Numbered from the stretch's first letter, positions 37,026-48,068 are shown. The stretch: 64,000 bases of DNA from an uncultured Parcubacteria group bacterium (GCA_947084965.1 CAMTUG010000001.1:409301-473300); one strand, 5' to 3'. Numbers and translations: made by a program. The notes: generated by a model from the sequence alone, not told the origin.

Positions 37026-38075
37026 CTAAGATCCATGGCCTGTAGCAGAAGGAAGTTGAACTTCGTTTAGTAACGTTTCATCATCCAGCAAAACACCTGC
37101 GCCACGAACAACGGCTGTCAGTGGGTCTTCGATAATTCTGACAGGGATCGCCGTTTCCTTGGCGATGACTTCATCGAGTCCACGCAACAAGGCCCCACCG
37201 CCAACAAGCGCGATCCCCCGCTCATAAATGTCGGCAACCAGCTCCGGAGGGGTGACTTCAAGCGTTGCTTTTATGTTATCAACAATAACCCGGATGGAAC
37301 GATAGATCGCTTCGCGAATCTGTCCGTCATTGACGATAATCTGTTTCGGTAATCCAGAAATCAGATCGCGGCCACGCATCTCTGTTTGCAGAACTTCTTT
37401 TTGTGGAGCGGCAGATCCAATAGCAATCTTGACCTCTTCAGCCACACGTTCCCCGAGCAATAAATTAAAGGTATCACGGGCGTATTGCACGATATTTTTG
37501 TTCAGTTCGTCCCCGGCTATAGCCAAGGCCTTCCAGGTCACGACCCCAGAGAGGGAGAGCACAGCGATCTCGGTCGTGCCACCGCCGATGTCTACGATCA
37601 TATGACCGACGGATTCCGTGATCGGAATGCGGCCGCCGAGAGCGGCGAGGATCGGCTCTTCTACCAAATACACTTTGCGCGCTCCCGCAGAAAGCACTGC
37701 GTCTTCCACCGCCTTGCGCTCCACTTCCGTAATCTCAAGCGGCACGCCGATCACGACGCGCGGACGCGGAACGATCGTGAACGTTTCTTCATGCACCTTA
37801 TCGATGAAATACTTGAGCATCTTTTCGGTCACCTCGAAATCTGAAATGACCCCTTTTTGTAACGGCTTGACCGTGATGATGTGCGGTGGCGTTTTGCCAA
37901 GCATGTCCTTGGCATCATGCCCAACCGCCAAAATTTGATCGGTACGTGTGTTGATCGCAACAATAGAGGGCTCGTTAATAACGATCCCCTTTTCTTTGAC
38001 ATAGACCAAGGTGTTGGCCGTTCCAAGGTCAATCCCGATATCCTTTGAGAACTGACCAAAAAATTTGTTCAACAT
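37026..38075 (-). CDS. mreB: Rod shape-determining protein MreB
   Basis: ...IGIDLGTANTLVYV... is the actin-fold ATPase motif; 349 aa. Confidence 0.9.
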   Translation of the reverse strand: MLNKFFGQFSKDIGIDLGTANTLVYVKEKGIVINEPSIVAINTRTDQILAVGHDAKDMLGKTPPHIITVKPLQKGVISDFEVTEKMLKYFIDKVHEETFTIVPRPRVVIGVPLEITEVERKAVEDAVLSAGARKVYLVEEPILAALGGRIPITESVGHMIVDIGGGTTEIAVLSLSGVVTWKALAIAGDELNKNIVQYARDTFNLLLGERVAEEVKIAIGSAAPQKEVLQTEMRGRDLISGLPKQIIVNDGQIREAIYRSIRVIVDNIKATLEVTPPELVADIYERGIALVGGGALLRGLDEVIAKETAIPVRIIEDPLTAVVRGAGVLLDDETLLNEVQLPSATGHGS

Positions 38076-38132
38076 ATCAACCGCCCTCCATTAAGGACTC
38101 TATTGTACCACTTAGTCCCTCCTAGGCAAGGC

Positions 38133-38259
38133 GGCCGAGACCTCTAAAATTGATGAGATGTCGGTGCACGGGGTGACGTCGAACGAGACGTACAACTGGT
38201 ACGTTGAGGAGACGTTGGGGCCCCGTAAACCGACAGATCGCAATTTTAGAGGTCTCGGG
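38133..38259. repeat. About 127-nt imperfect palindrome with 18-bp perfect terminal arms
   Basis: GGCCGAGACCTCTAAAATTG...CAATTTTAGAGGTCTCGG. The interior is self-complementary (ACGTCgaacgaGACGT, GGGGCCCC, central GTACaactgGTAC). It lies between mreB and the upstream membrane-protein gene. Confidence 0.45.
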
Positions 38260-38632
38260 GTCGGGAGGTTTGAACAAAGGCCTCCAGAAAGGCAAAAAAG
38301 AGGATCACGAGCCCGATCGACCACCAACGCAGATAGCCAAAGACCGCCATGGTCAAAGCGGCGAGAATAATGAGGGAAAAAAAGAGTGCTTGGCGAAAAG
38401 CGCGATGGACTTCGCGCGACACAAGCTCACTCTTATGGATAACCAGCACACGAAGGACCGTTCCGATCATGGTCAGAAGACCGACGAGCGCAACAAATAA
38501 GGTTGCAAAAAAGGCGGCTTTTGGAACAACCCCCGAGCTCGTCGGATCAATCAAGAATAAAACAACGAGCCAAGCACTGATGGCGGCGAGCGTTCCGATG
38601 CTCATGAAAAGTAAGTACTGTTTAAAGCTCAT
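38246..38632 (-). CDS. Small polytopic membrane protein, unknown function
   Basis: 128 aa, four hydrophobic helices, no motif. Confidence 0.35.
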   Translation of the reverse strand: MSFKQYLLFMSIGTLAAISAWLVVLFLIDPTSSGVVPKAAFFATLFVALVGLLTMIGTVLRVLVIHKSELVSREVHRAFRQALFFSLIILAALTMAVFGYLRWWSIGLVILFFAFLEAFVQTSRPRDL

Positions 38633-38936
38633 ACTCCTCCATCGAACGAATCTGAACCAGGATTGTTTTCACGTCCGCGCGCGGATCCATCGTGATAATC
38701 GCTTCACGGATACCTGGCTCGAGTAACGTTACCTCGTGTGCAGCAACACTATTCTTACAAGCAATTCTCAACAACCCCTGATGAAACGAGACAACGCGTA
38801 CCATCCCCTGCATCTCTTTTACCAGGGCTGCCTGCAAAAACTGTCGTGCGGTCATCACCGCCGAACTGGCCGAAATCTGTCGCGTGAGTCCGGCGCGACC
38901 GATCGCTTTCTGCAGCATCGATTTAAGTTCGAGCAT
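38622..38936 (-). CDS. DUF721/DciA-like small protein (tentative)
   Basis: MLELKSMLQKAIGRAGLTRQISASSAVMTARQFLQAALVKEMQGMVRVVSFHQGLLRIACKNSVAAHEVTLLEP has a DUF721-like pattern. It lies downstream of the helicase. Confidence 0.3.
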   Translation of the reverse strand: MLELKSMLQKAIGRAGLTRQISASSAVMTARQFLQAALVKEMQGMVRVVSFHQGLLRIACKNSVAAHEVTLLEPGIREAIITMDPRADVKTILVQIRSMEEYEL

Positions 38937-38937
38937 A

Positions 38938-41901
38938 TTAGAGTTGGCGGAATTCGCAAATCTCTTTAAAGTCGCACCAGTTGCACATGAATCCCGGGGT
39001 TGGTTTGAAGTCCGAGGTGCGGATCGCCTGGGCCGTTTCAACGATGTCCTCGGCGAGCGCCGCTAACTCCTCTTCCGTTGCTAAGAACGAAACACGGGCG
39101 TTATTTTCAAGATAGTGATACGTCAATTTCACTGGCTTAAGCGGCGGGTTGAAGCACTGGACAGCAGCGATCTGATAGAGCATCAACTGACGCTTATCAT
39201 CAGAAGAGAGCTCTTCTTTTGGCGTCCCTGTCTTGTAATCAATGATCTCTACCCCGCCCTCAATCGTATCAACGCGGTCAATTCTACCACGAACGACGAC
39301 GTCCCCAAACTTGACTGTGAACCCCTTTTCGAGAAAAAGTGGCGACGGGCGATCTGCCTTGATCTGACCGTAATAGTCCATCAACGCCTTACGCCCTTTG
39401 GCTCGATAGTTCTCGCGAGCAACGTCGTTTTCATACCACTCATCGATCCAGGATGCGTCGTAGAGATCAGAGAGCTCTTCAATCGTCACCGGGATCGCGT
39501 CTCTGTTTTCCTCTTTCCTCTTTCCTCTTCCCTCGAACAGCGAAACTTGCTTGACACTCGTCCGCTCAATCCACAATTCGAAAAACTTCTGCAAGGTGTT
39601 GTGCATTGTTTTTCCGAATGATAACGAGTGCCGACCAAACACCGGCACGTGCAAGATGTGGGCAAACTTATACTGCAATGGACAGGTGGTGAACGCGGCG
39701 ATCTGCGTGAAGCTAAAGGACTTCGGAGGCAGGATGTGGGCGTTGGTGAGGTCGTAGCGATGCGGTGGAGCTACGCTCTCAATACTATTCATTGTTACGG
39801 GGCTTAACAGACTTTCGCTTGCAGCGACGTCTGTCACTCCGTAGCCAAGTTCAACAAGAAACCGCGAAAGTTTTTTCTTGCGCGCCCCGCCGTAATCTTC
39901 GGCTGAAGTGAGATAAACGGCATCCTTCGCGCGCGTCAAAGCGACGTACATCAACCGCCGTTCTTCTTCGAGGTGCACGTCCCCTTCCGGGATCTTCTCT
40001 TTAATCAAGGCGTCTGAGAGCGGAATGGCGTCGTGCTTTTCGCTCGTCGGAAATCGACGATCCACCATGCTCACGATAAACACATGACCGAACTCGAGGC
40101 CTTTTGATCCGTGAACGGTCATGATCTTCACTGTCTCTGGCCCTTCTTCGGGATCCATCTTCAACGCCCCTTCGTCACCAGACGATTGTTCGTGTTCCAG
40201 CTCTTCCAGGAACCGATGCAGCGTCGTATCCGCCGTGATCGATTCAAAGGACTTCATCCGTTCGTAAAACTGCTGAAGCAGACGAAACTCCTCTTGCTGA
40301 ATGCGTTCCGGACTCATCTTTACAAACCCGAGTAATCCAGATTCTTTTATCACATCCACAAACAACTCGCTCACCGGCTTGCGCTTAGCCGCATCGCGCC
40401 AGCGGGCAACAAGCGTCAACAAATGCGCCGACTGCTCAACGGTTTCGCGATCAACACCACGGATGGCGGTCGGATGTTCAAGAATCTGATTCAACGCCTT
40501 CCCTGCCCGATACGATTCATGGGTGATCTTCACTAACTCCTCTGGCTTCACCCCCAGCGTTTCATGCGACAAAATGCGATACCAACTTTGCGAGTGGAAC
40601 GGATGATCGATCACACGCAGCAGAGCGAGTGCGTCTAAGATTAACGGCTTGCGATACAAGCCACGCAACGCCATAAACTGATACGGCACAGCTTGGCGCT
40701 CCAGATGCCGGATGAACGGTTCGGCTGTATCGTTGGCACGGACCAAAATGGCGATTTCAGACAAGGCGACGCCTCCTTTATGGAGCGCCAAGATTCGATC
40801 AACAACGGCTTTGGCTTCATCCTCAAGCGCGTGGCAGTGAATGTGCTCGATCGTTCCTGTCGCCTCGCGCCCAGAGGTCAGTCGCTTGGAAAGTCCTTCG
40901 CCGAGCTGAGCCTCAAGGCGATTGGGGTTATTCTGTTTAATAAACTCATACGCACAATCCAAAATCGCCTGGCCGCTACGATAGTTTTCTGTGAGGATCA
41001 CTTTCTTGGAGTTTGGGTAGTCAGAATCAAACTGCAAAATATTTGACAGCGCCGCGCCACGGAACTTGTAGACAGACTGATCATCATCCCCAACGACCGT
41101 CAGATTATTCTTCGGCGCACTGAGCATCTTCACTAATTCATACTGCGCCCAGTTGGTATCCTGAAACTCATCAACCAACACATATTTGAACTGCCCCTGG
41201 TATTCGGCCAGAATCTTCGGTCGCGTTTTAAACAGCTTTAACGTGTAGGCGATGAGATCTCCAAAATCAAGCGCGCTGTTTTCGAGTAACATCTGCTGAT
41301 AGACGTGGTAGGCATTGGCGATCTCCTCAAGCCGCGAAAGCTCCGTGGCATCAATTCCCCCGGCTTGGGTCGAGTCCTTGTCTGCTTTTCGTCCTTCAAC
41401 GTAGGCGAGATATTCGTCCGGCGTGATGTTTTCGTCCTTGGCGCGTGAGAAATGCTGCAAGAGCGCATGAATAAACTTTGTCGGATTTCCTGCTGGGCGA
41501 TAATAATCCAAGTTGAAACGATCGAAGTTCTGGCGGACGAGGAGCCAAGCGTCGGTCTGATTCAGTAATTTGAAATCATTCGGCACACCGATATCAAGAG
41601 CGTGCGCTTTTAAAATGCGTTCGCAAAAGGAGTGAAAGGTCGAAATCCAAAGGTCCACATACCCGATTGGCAGCAAACGATCGACACGTTCTTCCATTTC
41701 CGCCGCCGCCTTTTCGGTAAAGGTGAGGGCGAGGATCTCATCGGGCTTTGCTTTCCCCTGCTCAATCAAATAAGCGATACGATGGGTAATGACCGTTGTT
41801 TTGCCCGTCCCAGCCCCAGCAATAATCATCAGCGGGCCCTGGTCGTGCATGACCGCCTCAAGCTGGGCCTTATTCAGTTTTTCAAGGAGGTTGTCTTGCA
41901 T
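38938..41901 (-). CDS. UvrD/PcrA-family helicase fused to a C-terminal RecB/Cas4-like PD-(D/E)xK Fe-S nuclease (AddA/AdnB-like)
   Basis: Walker A ...IIAGAGTGKTTVI... plus UvrD motifs. The C-terminal nuclease has ..RIDRVD...IIDYKTG.. and a four-Cys cluster (CPLQY...CNWCDFKEIC). ATG at 41901 (MQDNLLEKLNKAQLEAV). Confidence 0.8.
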   Translation of the reverse strand: MQDNLLEKLNKAQLEAVMHDQGPLMIIAGAGTGKTTVITHRIAYLIEQGKAKPDEILALTFTEKAAAEMEERVDRLLPIGYVDLWISTFHSFCERILKAHALDIGVPNDFKLLNQTDAWLLVRQNFDRFNLDYYRPAGNPTKFIHALLQHFSRAKDENITPDEYLAYVEGRKADKDSTQAGGIDATELSRLEEIANAYHVYQQMLLENSALDFGDLIAYTLKLFKTRPKILAEYQGQFKYVLVDEFQDTNWAQYELVKMLSAPKNNLTVVGDDDQSVYKFRGAALSNILQFDSDYPNSKKVILTENYRSGQAILDCAYEFIKQNNPNRLEAQLGEGLSKRLTSGREATGTIEHIHCHALEDEAKAVVDRILALHKGGVALSEIAILVRANDTAEPFIRHLERQAVPYQFMALRGLYRKPLILDALALLRVIDHPFHSQSWYRILSHETLGVKPEELVKITHESYRAGKALNQILEHPTAIRGVDRETVEQSAHLLTLVARWRDAAKRKPVSELFVDVIKESGLLGFVKMSPERIQQEEFRLLQQFYERMKSFESITADTTLHRFLEELEHEQSSGDEGALKMDPEEGPETVKIMTVHGSKGLEFGHVFIVSMVDRRFPTSEKHDAIPLSDALIKEKIPEGDVHLEEERRLMYVALTRAKDAVYLTSAEDYGGARKKKLSRFLVELGYGVTDVAASESLLSPVTMNSIESVAPPHRYDLTNAHILPPKSFSFTQIAAFTTCPLQYKFAHILHVPVFGRHSLSFGKTMHNTLQKFFELWIERTSVKQVSLFEGRGKRKEENRDAIPVTIEELSDLYDASWIDEWYENDVARENYRAKGRKALMDYYGQIKADRPSPLFLEKGFTVKFGDVVVRGRIDRVDTIEGGVEIIDYKTGTPKEELSSDDKRQLMLYQIAAVQCFNPPLKPVKLTYHYLENNARVSFLATEEELAALAEDIVETAQAIRTSDFKPTPGFMCNWCDFKEICEFRQL

Positions 41902-41947
41902 AGATCTTCTGTATGGTATACGATTTCGGGCCACCCGTGGAGGCCCC

Positions 41948-42592
41948 ATGAGCTACAGCACCTTGTTGAGCGGAACGCACCGGCTCCTCGATGCCCTGCA
42001 GGCGCACGACCCCGCGACGCGAGAGCACAGCGAGCGAACGGGTGTCCTCGCCGCGGCCCTGGCAGCCGAGCTCAGACTCTCCCTGCGCGACCAGGCGATC
42101 CTGCGCCTCGGCGGAGCCTTGCACGATGTCGGCAAGCGCTCTGTTCCACGGGAGATCCTGACTGGCGACATGCGCTTCGTTCGCACCGATCCCCTGTTCA
42201 TCGAGCACATCATCCCCCACCCGACCGCCGGGGCGTACCTGTGCAGCCTCGAACGGATCGATGATGAAGTGATTCAAGTGATCGTCGAGCACCATGAACG
42301 ACTGGACGGTCTCGGCTACCCCTTCCGGATGAAGGCAGGTCAGATCAACTGGCGGTCGATGTTCGTCTCGATCGCCGACATGTTCGACGCCATGACCGAC
42401 ACAACCCGCATCTACCGACGGCCGAAGACCGGCGATGAAGCGATCACTGTCCTGCGGGATGCCGTCGGCAACGGCGAGATCCCCGAGCATCCCGTGCGCG
42501 CCCTTCTCGCCATTCACGAACGCGGCGAAATCGCTATCCTCCACGAACGCGCCGAGCCGCTCGAAGAGATCATTCGGTACCTCTCCACCTAA
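41948..42592 (+). CDS. HD-GYP domain protein (putative c-di-GMP phosphodiesterase), high-GC island C
   Basis: ...HSERTGVLAAALAAEL...LGGALHDVGK...HHERLDGLGYP are the HD and GYP motifs. 214 aa. GC3-rich at about 64% GC versus ~50% in neighbours. GGAGG RBS. Confidence 0.7.
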   Translation: MSYSTLLSGTHRLLDALQAHDPATREHSERTGVLAAALAAELRLSLRDQAILRLGGALHDVGKRSVPREILTGDMRFVRTDPLFIEHIIPHPTAGAYLCSLERIDDEVIQVIVEHHERLDGLGYPFRMKAGQINWRSMFVSIADMFDAMTDTTRIYRRPKTGDEAITVLRDAVGNGEIPEHPVRALLAIHERGEIAILHERAEPLEEIIRYLST

Positions 42593-42607
42593 ACACCTCT
42601 CAAGACA

Positions 42608-42640
42608 AGCGCCGCCGGGGGAACTCCCCGAGCGGCGTCG
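42608..42640. terminator. Hairpin between convergent HD-GYP and atpC
   Basis: CGCCGGGGGaactCCCCGAGCGGCG followed by TCATTTC. Confidence 0.4.
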
Positions 42641-42646
42641 TCATTT

Positions 42647-43099
42647 CTAGATTTCACGATCGGGCTGAGCCGTCGTTGTTCGACCTCGTGCCCGCTTGCT
42701 AGCCACTTTAAACCGAGCCAGTTCACGCTCCATCGCTGCTGCGGCATGAGCAAAGGCCTCGGCATCCTCGTGACGCTTTTCCGTGAGGATGACCCGTGCC
42801 CGTTCACGCGCCTCTTCGATCGTTTTCAGATCAAGTTCTTCGGCACGCTCCGCCGTATCTGCCAAAATCACCACTTCGTTCCCTGGGCGCACTTCGACGA
42901 ACCCGGTCGAAACGGCTAACAACGTCTCTTCTTTCCCTGTGCGAGTCAGCACTTCACCAGCGCGCAACGTCGAAACGAGCGGGATATGATCTTTCATGAT
43001 CGTGATCTCGCCCGCGGTGGTTGGCAACGTCACTGAATCAACGGTGTCTTCGTAGACCACGCGCTCAGGAGTGACAATTTTGAGATTGATTTTTGGCAT
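42647..43099 (-). CDS. atpC: ATP synthase epsilon subunit
   Basis: MPKINLKIVTPERVVYEDTVDSVTLPTTAGEITIMKDHIPLVSTLRAGEV... Confidence 0.85.
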   Translation of the reverse strand: MPKINLKIVTPERVVYEDTVDSVTLPTTAGEITIMKDHIPLVSTLRAGEVLTRTGKEETLLAVSTGFVEVRPGNEVVILADTAERAEELDLKTIEEARERARVILTEKRHEDAEAFAHAAAAMERELARFKVASKRARGRTTTAQPDREI

Positions 43100-43107
43100 A
43101 GGAAATT

Positions 43108-44541
<1,434 letters not shown>

Positions 44542-44547
44542 TTAAAT

Positions 44548-44654
44548 CCGAAAACCGAAATTCGAAATTCGAAACAAATTCGAATCAGAAAAGATTACTA
44601 TATTTTCTCCTTTCCCTATTTCCGTTTGTTTCGAATTTCGATTTTCGAATTTCG
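44548..44654. repeat. Inverted repeat of GAAATTCG-type tandem units in the atpG-atpD intergenic region
   Basis: Left arm CCGAAAACCGAAATTCGAAATTCGAAACAAATTCG; right arm CGTTTGTTTCGAATTTCGATTTTCGAATTTCG; about 40-nt AT-rich spacer. Confidence 0.5.
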
Positions 44655-44665
44655 TATTTTTCATA

Positions 44666-45562
44666 TTACTCAAGTGCCGCTTTACCCGCGCTAATCTCCG
44701 CAATTTCGCGGGTGATGCCGGCTTGGCGAATCTGGTTAAAGGTGAAGGTCAAGTTATCGATCATCTCTCCGGCCGCGTCGCTCGCGCTTCTCATCGCCAT
44801 CATGCGGGCGCTGTGTTCCGATGCAGCAGATTCGAGGAGCGCTTGCCAGACCATCGTTTCGACGATCCGCGGCAGGATCGCGTCGAGGACTTCTTTCGGC
44901 GAAGGTTCGAATCTGTACTCCGCTTGCTTCTCCTCTTTCCTTGTTCCTCTTTCCTCTTCACCTATCTCACCGATCTCTTCATCCGGCTTCAGCGGCAGGA
45001 GGTCGATCACTCTCGGGGTCTGGGTGATCGCACTCCGGAAGTCCGTGTAAGCGATCGCCACCTTGTCGTACTTCCCTTCTGCATAATCCTGCAACACGAG
45101 CTTGCTGATCGGGAGAGTATCTGTAAACTTCGGAGTATTGGTTAGGTCTGTGAATGAAGCGATGATGTTCTTTTGAATTCTACGCATGGCGTCCGCCCCA
45201 CGGCGACCGACCGTAATCGTATCGACTTCCACCTCGTGATAAACCCCGAGCGCCTTGGTCGCCTCCTTAATCATGCGCACATTGAATCCGCCGCACAGGC
45301 CGCGATCAGAAGTGAAAAGGACAAACAAAACGCGTTTGACCTCCGTGCGCGGAGCAAGCAAGGGATGCGTCGCTGGATCCGTTACCTTGGCGATCGCCCG
45401 CACCGTTTCCCAAGCGAGCTGGGTGAACGGTCGCGTACCCACCACCGCCGCGGTCGCTTTGCGCATCTTCGAAGCAGCCACAAGCTCCATCGCTTTGGTG
45501 ATCTTCTTCGTATTCTTGACCGACTTGATGCGGCGTTTAATTGTGCGAGTATTTGCGGGCAT
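44666..45562 (-). CDS. atpG: ATP synthase gamma subunit
   Basis: MPANTRTIKRRIKSVKNTKKITKAMELVAASKMRKA... Confidence 0.9.
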   Translation of the reverse strand: MPANTRTIKRRIKSVKNTKKITKAMELVAASKMRKATAAVVGTRPFTQLAWETVRAIAKVTDPATHPLLAPRTEVKRVLFVLFTSDRGLCGGFNVRMIKEATKALGVYHEVEVDTITVGRRGADAMRRIQKNIIASFTDLTNTPKFTDTLPISKLVLQDYAEGKYDKVAIAYTDFRSAITQTPRVIDLLPLKPDEEIGEIGEEERGTRKEEKQAEYRFEPSPKEVLDAILPRIVETMVWQALLESAASEHSARMMAMRSASDAAGEMIDNLTFTFNQIRQAGITREIAEISAGKAALE

Positions 45563-45585
45563 AGCCGGAAATTCAGGGCTTCATA

Positions 45586-45620
45586 GATCTGCCTCTCGAG
45601 AGGCAAATCTTTCAGAGGCA
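45586..45620. repeat. Palindrome TGCCTCTCGAGAGGCA element, copy 1
   Basis: gatcTGCCTCTCGAGAGGCAaatctttcagagg lies immediately after the atpA stop. A copy is at 56171-56203. Confidence 0.5.
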
Positions 45621-47123
45621 TTATTTTTCGAAGGTCCCGTTAAACTCTTCAACGACCGCTTTCATCATCTCAACCGTCGCATCTTCCAACTTACCAGATT
45701 CCCTGATCGTCTTTAGAAGGTCCTCCTTCTGCGAACGAGCAAAGTGCAAGAACCCTGCTTCCCAGTCGCGAATCTTCTCAGGCGCAATGGCGTCGAGCAT
45801 GCCGTTCGTCACCGCCCAAATCACCACCACCTGTTCTTCGAACGGCATTGGTGAGTACTGGCCCTGCTTCAAAAGTTCGACGGTGCGGCGACCGCGTTCA
45901 ATCTGCTTGCGTGTTCCTTCATCCAAGTCCGTGGCGAACTGAGCAAACGCTTCCAGTTCGCGGAACTGCGCCAAGTCCAAGCGCATCTTTCCAGAAACTT
46001 TCTTCATCGCTTTGGTTTGAGCGGCCGAACCGACACGCGAAACAGACAACCCGACGTTCAACGCAGGACGAATGCCGCGATAGAAGAGATCGGTTTCAAG
46101 ATAAATCTGACCGTCGGTGATCGAAATCACGTTGGTTGGAATGTACGCCGAGACGTCGCCGGCTTGCGTTTCAATAATTGGCAATGCGGTGAGCGATCCC
46201 CCACCATGTTCCTTGCTCAAGCGAGCCGCGCGTTCCAAAAGACGCGAGTGCAGGTAGAAGACGTCCCCTGGGTACGCCTCACGGCCCGGAGGGCGGCGAA
46301 GCAAAAGTGAAACTTCTCGGTAAGCCCAGGCGTGCTTGGACAAGTCGTCGTAAATGACGAGCGCGTCTTCGCCCTTTTCCATAAAATATTCACCGATGGT
46401 GCAACCGACGTATGGCGCGATGTAGCTCATCGAAGCCGGGTCAGAAGCGCCAGCCACCACGATCGTGGTGTACTCCATCGCTCCCGCCTCTTCGAGTTTG
46501 GCAACGATTTTCGCCACTTTCGATTCTTTCTGTCCGATGGCGACGTAAATACACTTCACTCCCAACCCTTTTTGGTTGATGATCGTGTCGACAGCCACAG
46601 CGGTCTTCCCTGTTTGACGGTCTCCAATAATCAATTCACGTTGTCCACGGCCGATCGGAATCATGGCGTCGATCGCTTTGATCCCAGTTTGCATCGGGGT
46701 GTCGACTGGCTGGCGGGCCATGACGCCCGGAGCCACGCGCTCGACGTTCATGCGTGTCTTGCCTTTGATTGCCCCTTTGCCATCGATCGGCTGGCCGAGT
46801 CCATTCAAGACGCGACCGACGACATCGTCGCCAACTTCGATCGACAAAATCTGACCGGTCGATTTGACCGTGTCCCCTTCACGGATGGCGCTGGCATCCC
46901 CGAAAATAATGGCGCCGACCGTTTCCTCTTCTAAGTTCAAGACCACACCCATCACGCCGCCCGGGAATTCAAGCATTTCGGCAGACTGCGCTCTAGACAA
47001 CCCACTCAAACGAGCGATGCCGTCGCCGACCGAAATAACGGTGCCGACCGTTTCTTTTTGGGCGCCGCGTTCGAAGTCCGCAACGGACTTCTGGAGGGAT
47101 TCGATGATGTCGGATTTAGGCAT
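45621..47123 (-). CDS. atpA: ATP synthase alpha subunit
   Basis: [11 protein letters not shown] Walker A; 500 aa. Confidence 0.95.
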   Translation of the reverse strand: MPKSDIIESLQKSVADFERGAQKETVGTVISVGDGIARLSGLSRAQSAEMLEFPGGVMGVVLNLEEETVGAIIFGDASAIREGDTVKSTGQILSIEVGDDVVGRVLNGLGQPIDGKGAIKGKTRMNVERVAPGVMARQPVDTPMQTGIKAIDAMIPIGRGQRELIIGDRQTGKTAVAVDTIINQKGLGVKCIYVAIGQKESKVAKIVAKLEEAGAMEYTTIVVAGASDPASMSYIAPYVGCTIGEYFMEKGEDALVIYDDLSKHAWAYREVSLLLRRPPGREAYPGDVFYLHSRLLERAARLSKEHGGGSLTALPIIETQAGDVSAYIPTNVISITDGQIYLETDLFYRGIRPALNVGLSVSRVGSAAQTKAMKKVSGKMRLDLAQFRELEAFAQFATDLDEGTRKQIERGRRTVELLKQGQYSPMPFEEQVVVIWAVTNGMLDAIAPEKIRDWEAGFLHFARSQKEDLLKTIRESGKLEDATVEMMKAVVEEFNGTFEK

Positions 47124-47124
47124 A

Positions 47125-47508
47125 TTATTGTGTCATTTCGTTTTGCAATCGTTTGAGCTGTCCGGCGATCGATCCGTCGTACAAGGCGTCGTCGACTTGG
47201 AGGATCGCACCGCCCATCAGTTTGTCGTCCACACTGTGGGTGACGTCTGCGTTGGGGTAGGCATCGTGCACCTCGTCGAGAAACTTTTTGGTTGGATCAT
47301 GTGCTGTCGTTACATGGACGTTCGCTGATCCGTATTCGCGCCGCCACAAGTTATCGAACGCCCTGACGATCTCTCGCCAGCGCGTTAACTCATGCCTAGC
47401 GCCGAGCTTCTTCACAAAGGCATCGGTCGCCTTGCTCAAATCACGCCCAGATAAGTCCTTGGTGAGTTTGAACAAGACGCTGGCGTATTGTGCAGAAGTC
47501 ATCTTCAT
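47125..47508 (-). CDS. atpH: ATP synthase delta subunit (short, 127 aa)
   Basis: Identified by operon position between atpF and atpA. OSCP-like C-terminus ...[25 protein letters not shown]. Confidence 0.7.
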   Translation of the reverse strand: MKMTSAQYASVLFKLTKDLSGRDLSKATDAFVKKLGARHELTRWREIVRAFDNLWRREYGSANVHVTTAHDPTKKFLDEVHDAYPNADVTHSVDDKLMGGAILQVDDALYDGSIAGQLKRLQNEMTQ

Positions 47509-47511
47509 ACG

Positions 47512-48057
47512 TTAGGTCATTTTGCGCACGACCTCTTCAGCTAACGAATGCGACTTTTTTTCGTTGATCTCATCACCGATGATCTTTTTGGTCGCCGAAA
47601 GAGCGATCTCAATCAGATCCTTGCGTGCTTCACGGATCATTGCTTCACGCTCCGCAACAAGCTGTGTCTTCCCTTGCGAGATAACACGTTCCACTTCGCG
47701 CTTGGTCTTTTCGACCATTTCGACTTTGCGTTCTTCGGCCACGGCCATAGCGTCGTCGATCACTTTTTGCGCCTGTGCCTTGGCGTCACGAAGCATCTCT
47801 TCCTGCTCCGTTTCCACACGACTCATGCGCGCTTCGATCTCTTCAGCGCTCTTCACGCTCTGCGCGATCTTCTTTTCGCGCTCTTCGAGTAAACGCACGA
47901 TCGGCTTGTAGGCCCATTTCCAGAGCACCAAAAGGACGATCGTGAAGTTCACGAGCTGAGCGACGAAAATCTTTGCATTGATTCCCAAGGCGGCGATGCC
48001 ACCCGTGGCTTCAACAGCTTCGGCTGTTCCTTGAATTGCTTCTGCTTCCACGGACAT
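47512..48057 (-). CDS. atpF: ATP synthase B subunit
   Basis: N-terminal TM helix then a long charged coiled coil; operon position. Confidence 0.75.
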   Translation of the reverse strand: MSVEAEAIQGTAEAVEATGGIAALGINAKIFVAQLVNFTIVLLVLWKWAYKPIVRLLEEREKKIAQSVKSAEEIEARMSRVETEQEEMLRDAKAQAQKVIDDAMAVAEERKVEMVEKTKREVERVISQGKTQLVAEREAMIREARKDLIEIALSATKKIIGDEINEKKSHSLAEEVVRKMT

Positions 48058-48068
48058 AGCCCGTTAGA

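Noticed and set aside
41902-41949. uvrD-like gene starting at 41949 (MGPPRVARN...) overlapping the HD-GYP ATG
   Set aside because: The Walker-A-containing N-terminus aligns from MQDNLLEKLNKAQLEAV (ATG at 41901). The upstream 16 codons are GC-rich reverse-complement of the HD-GYP promoter/RBS region.
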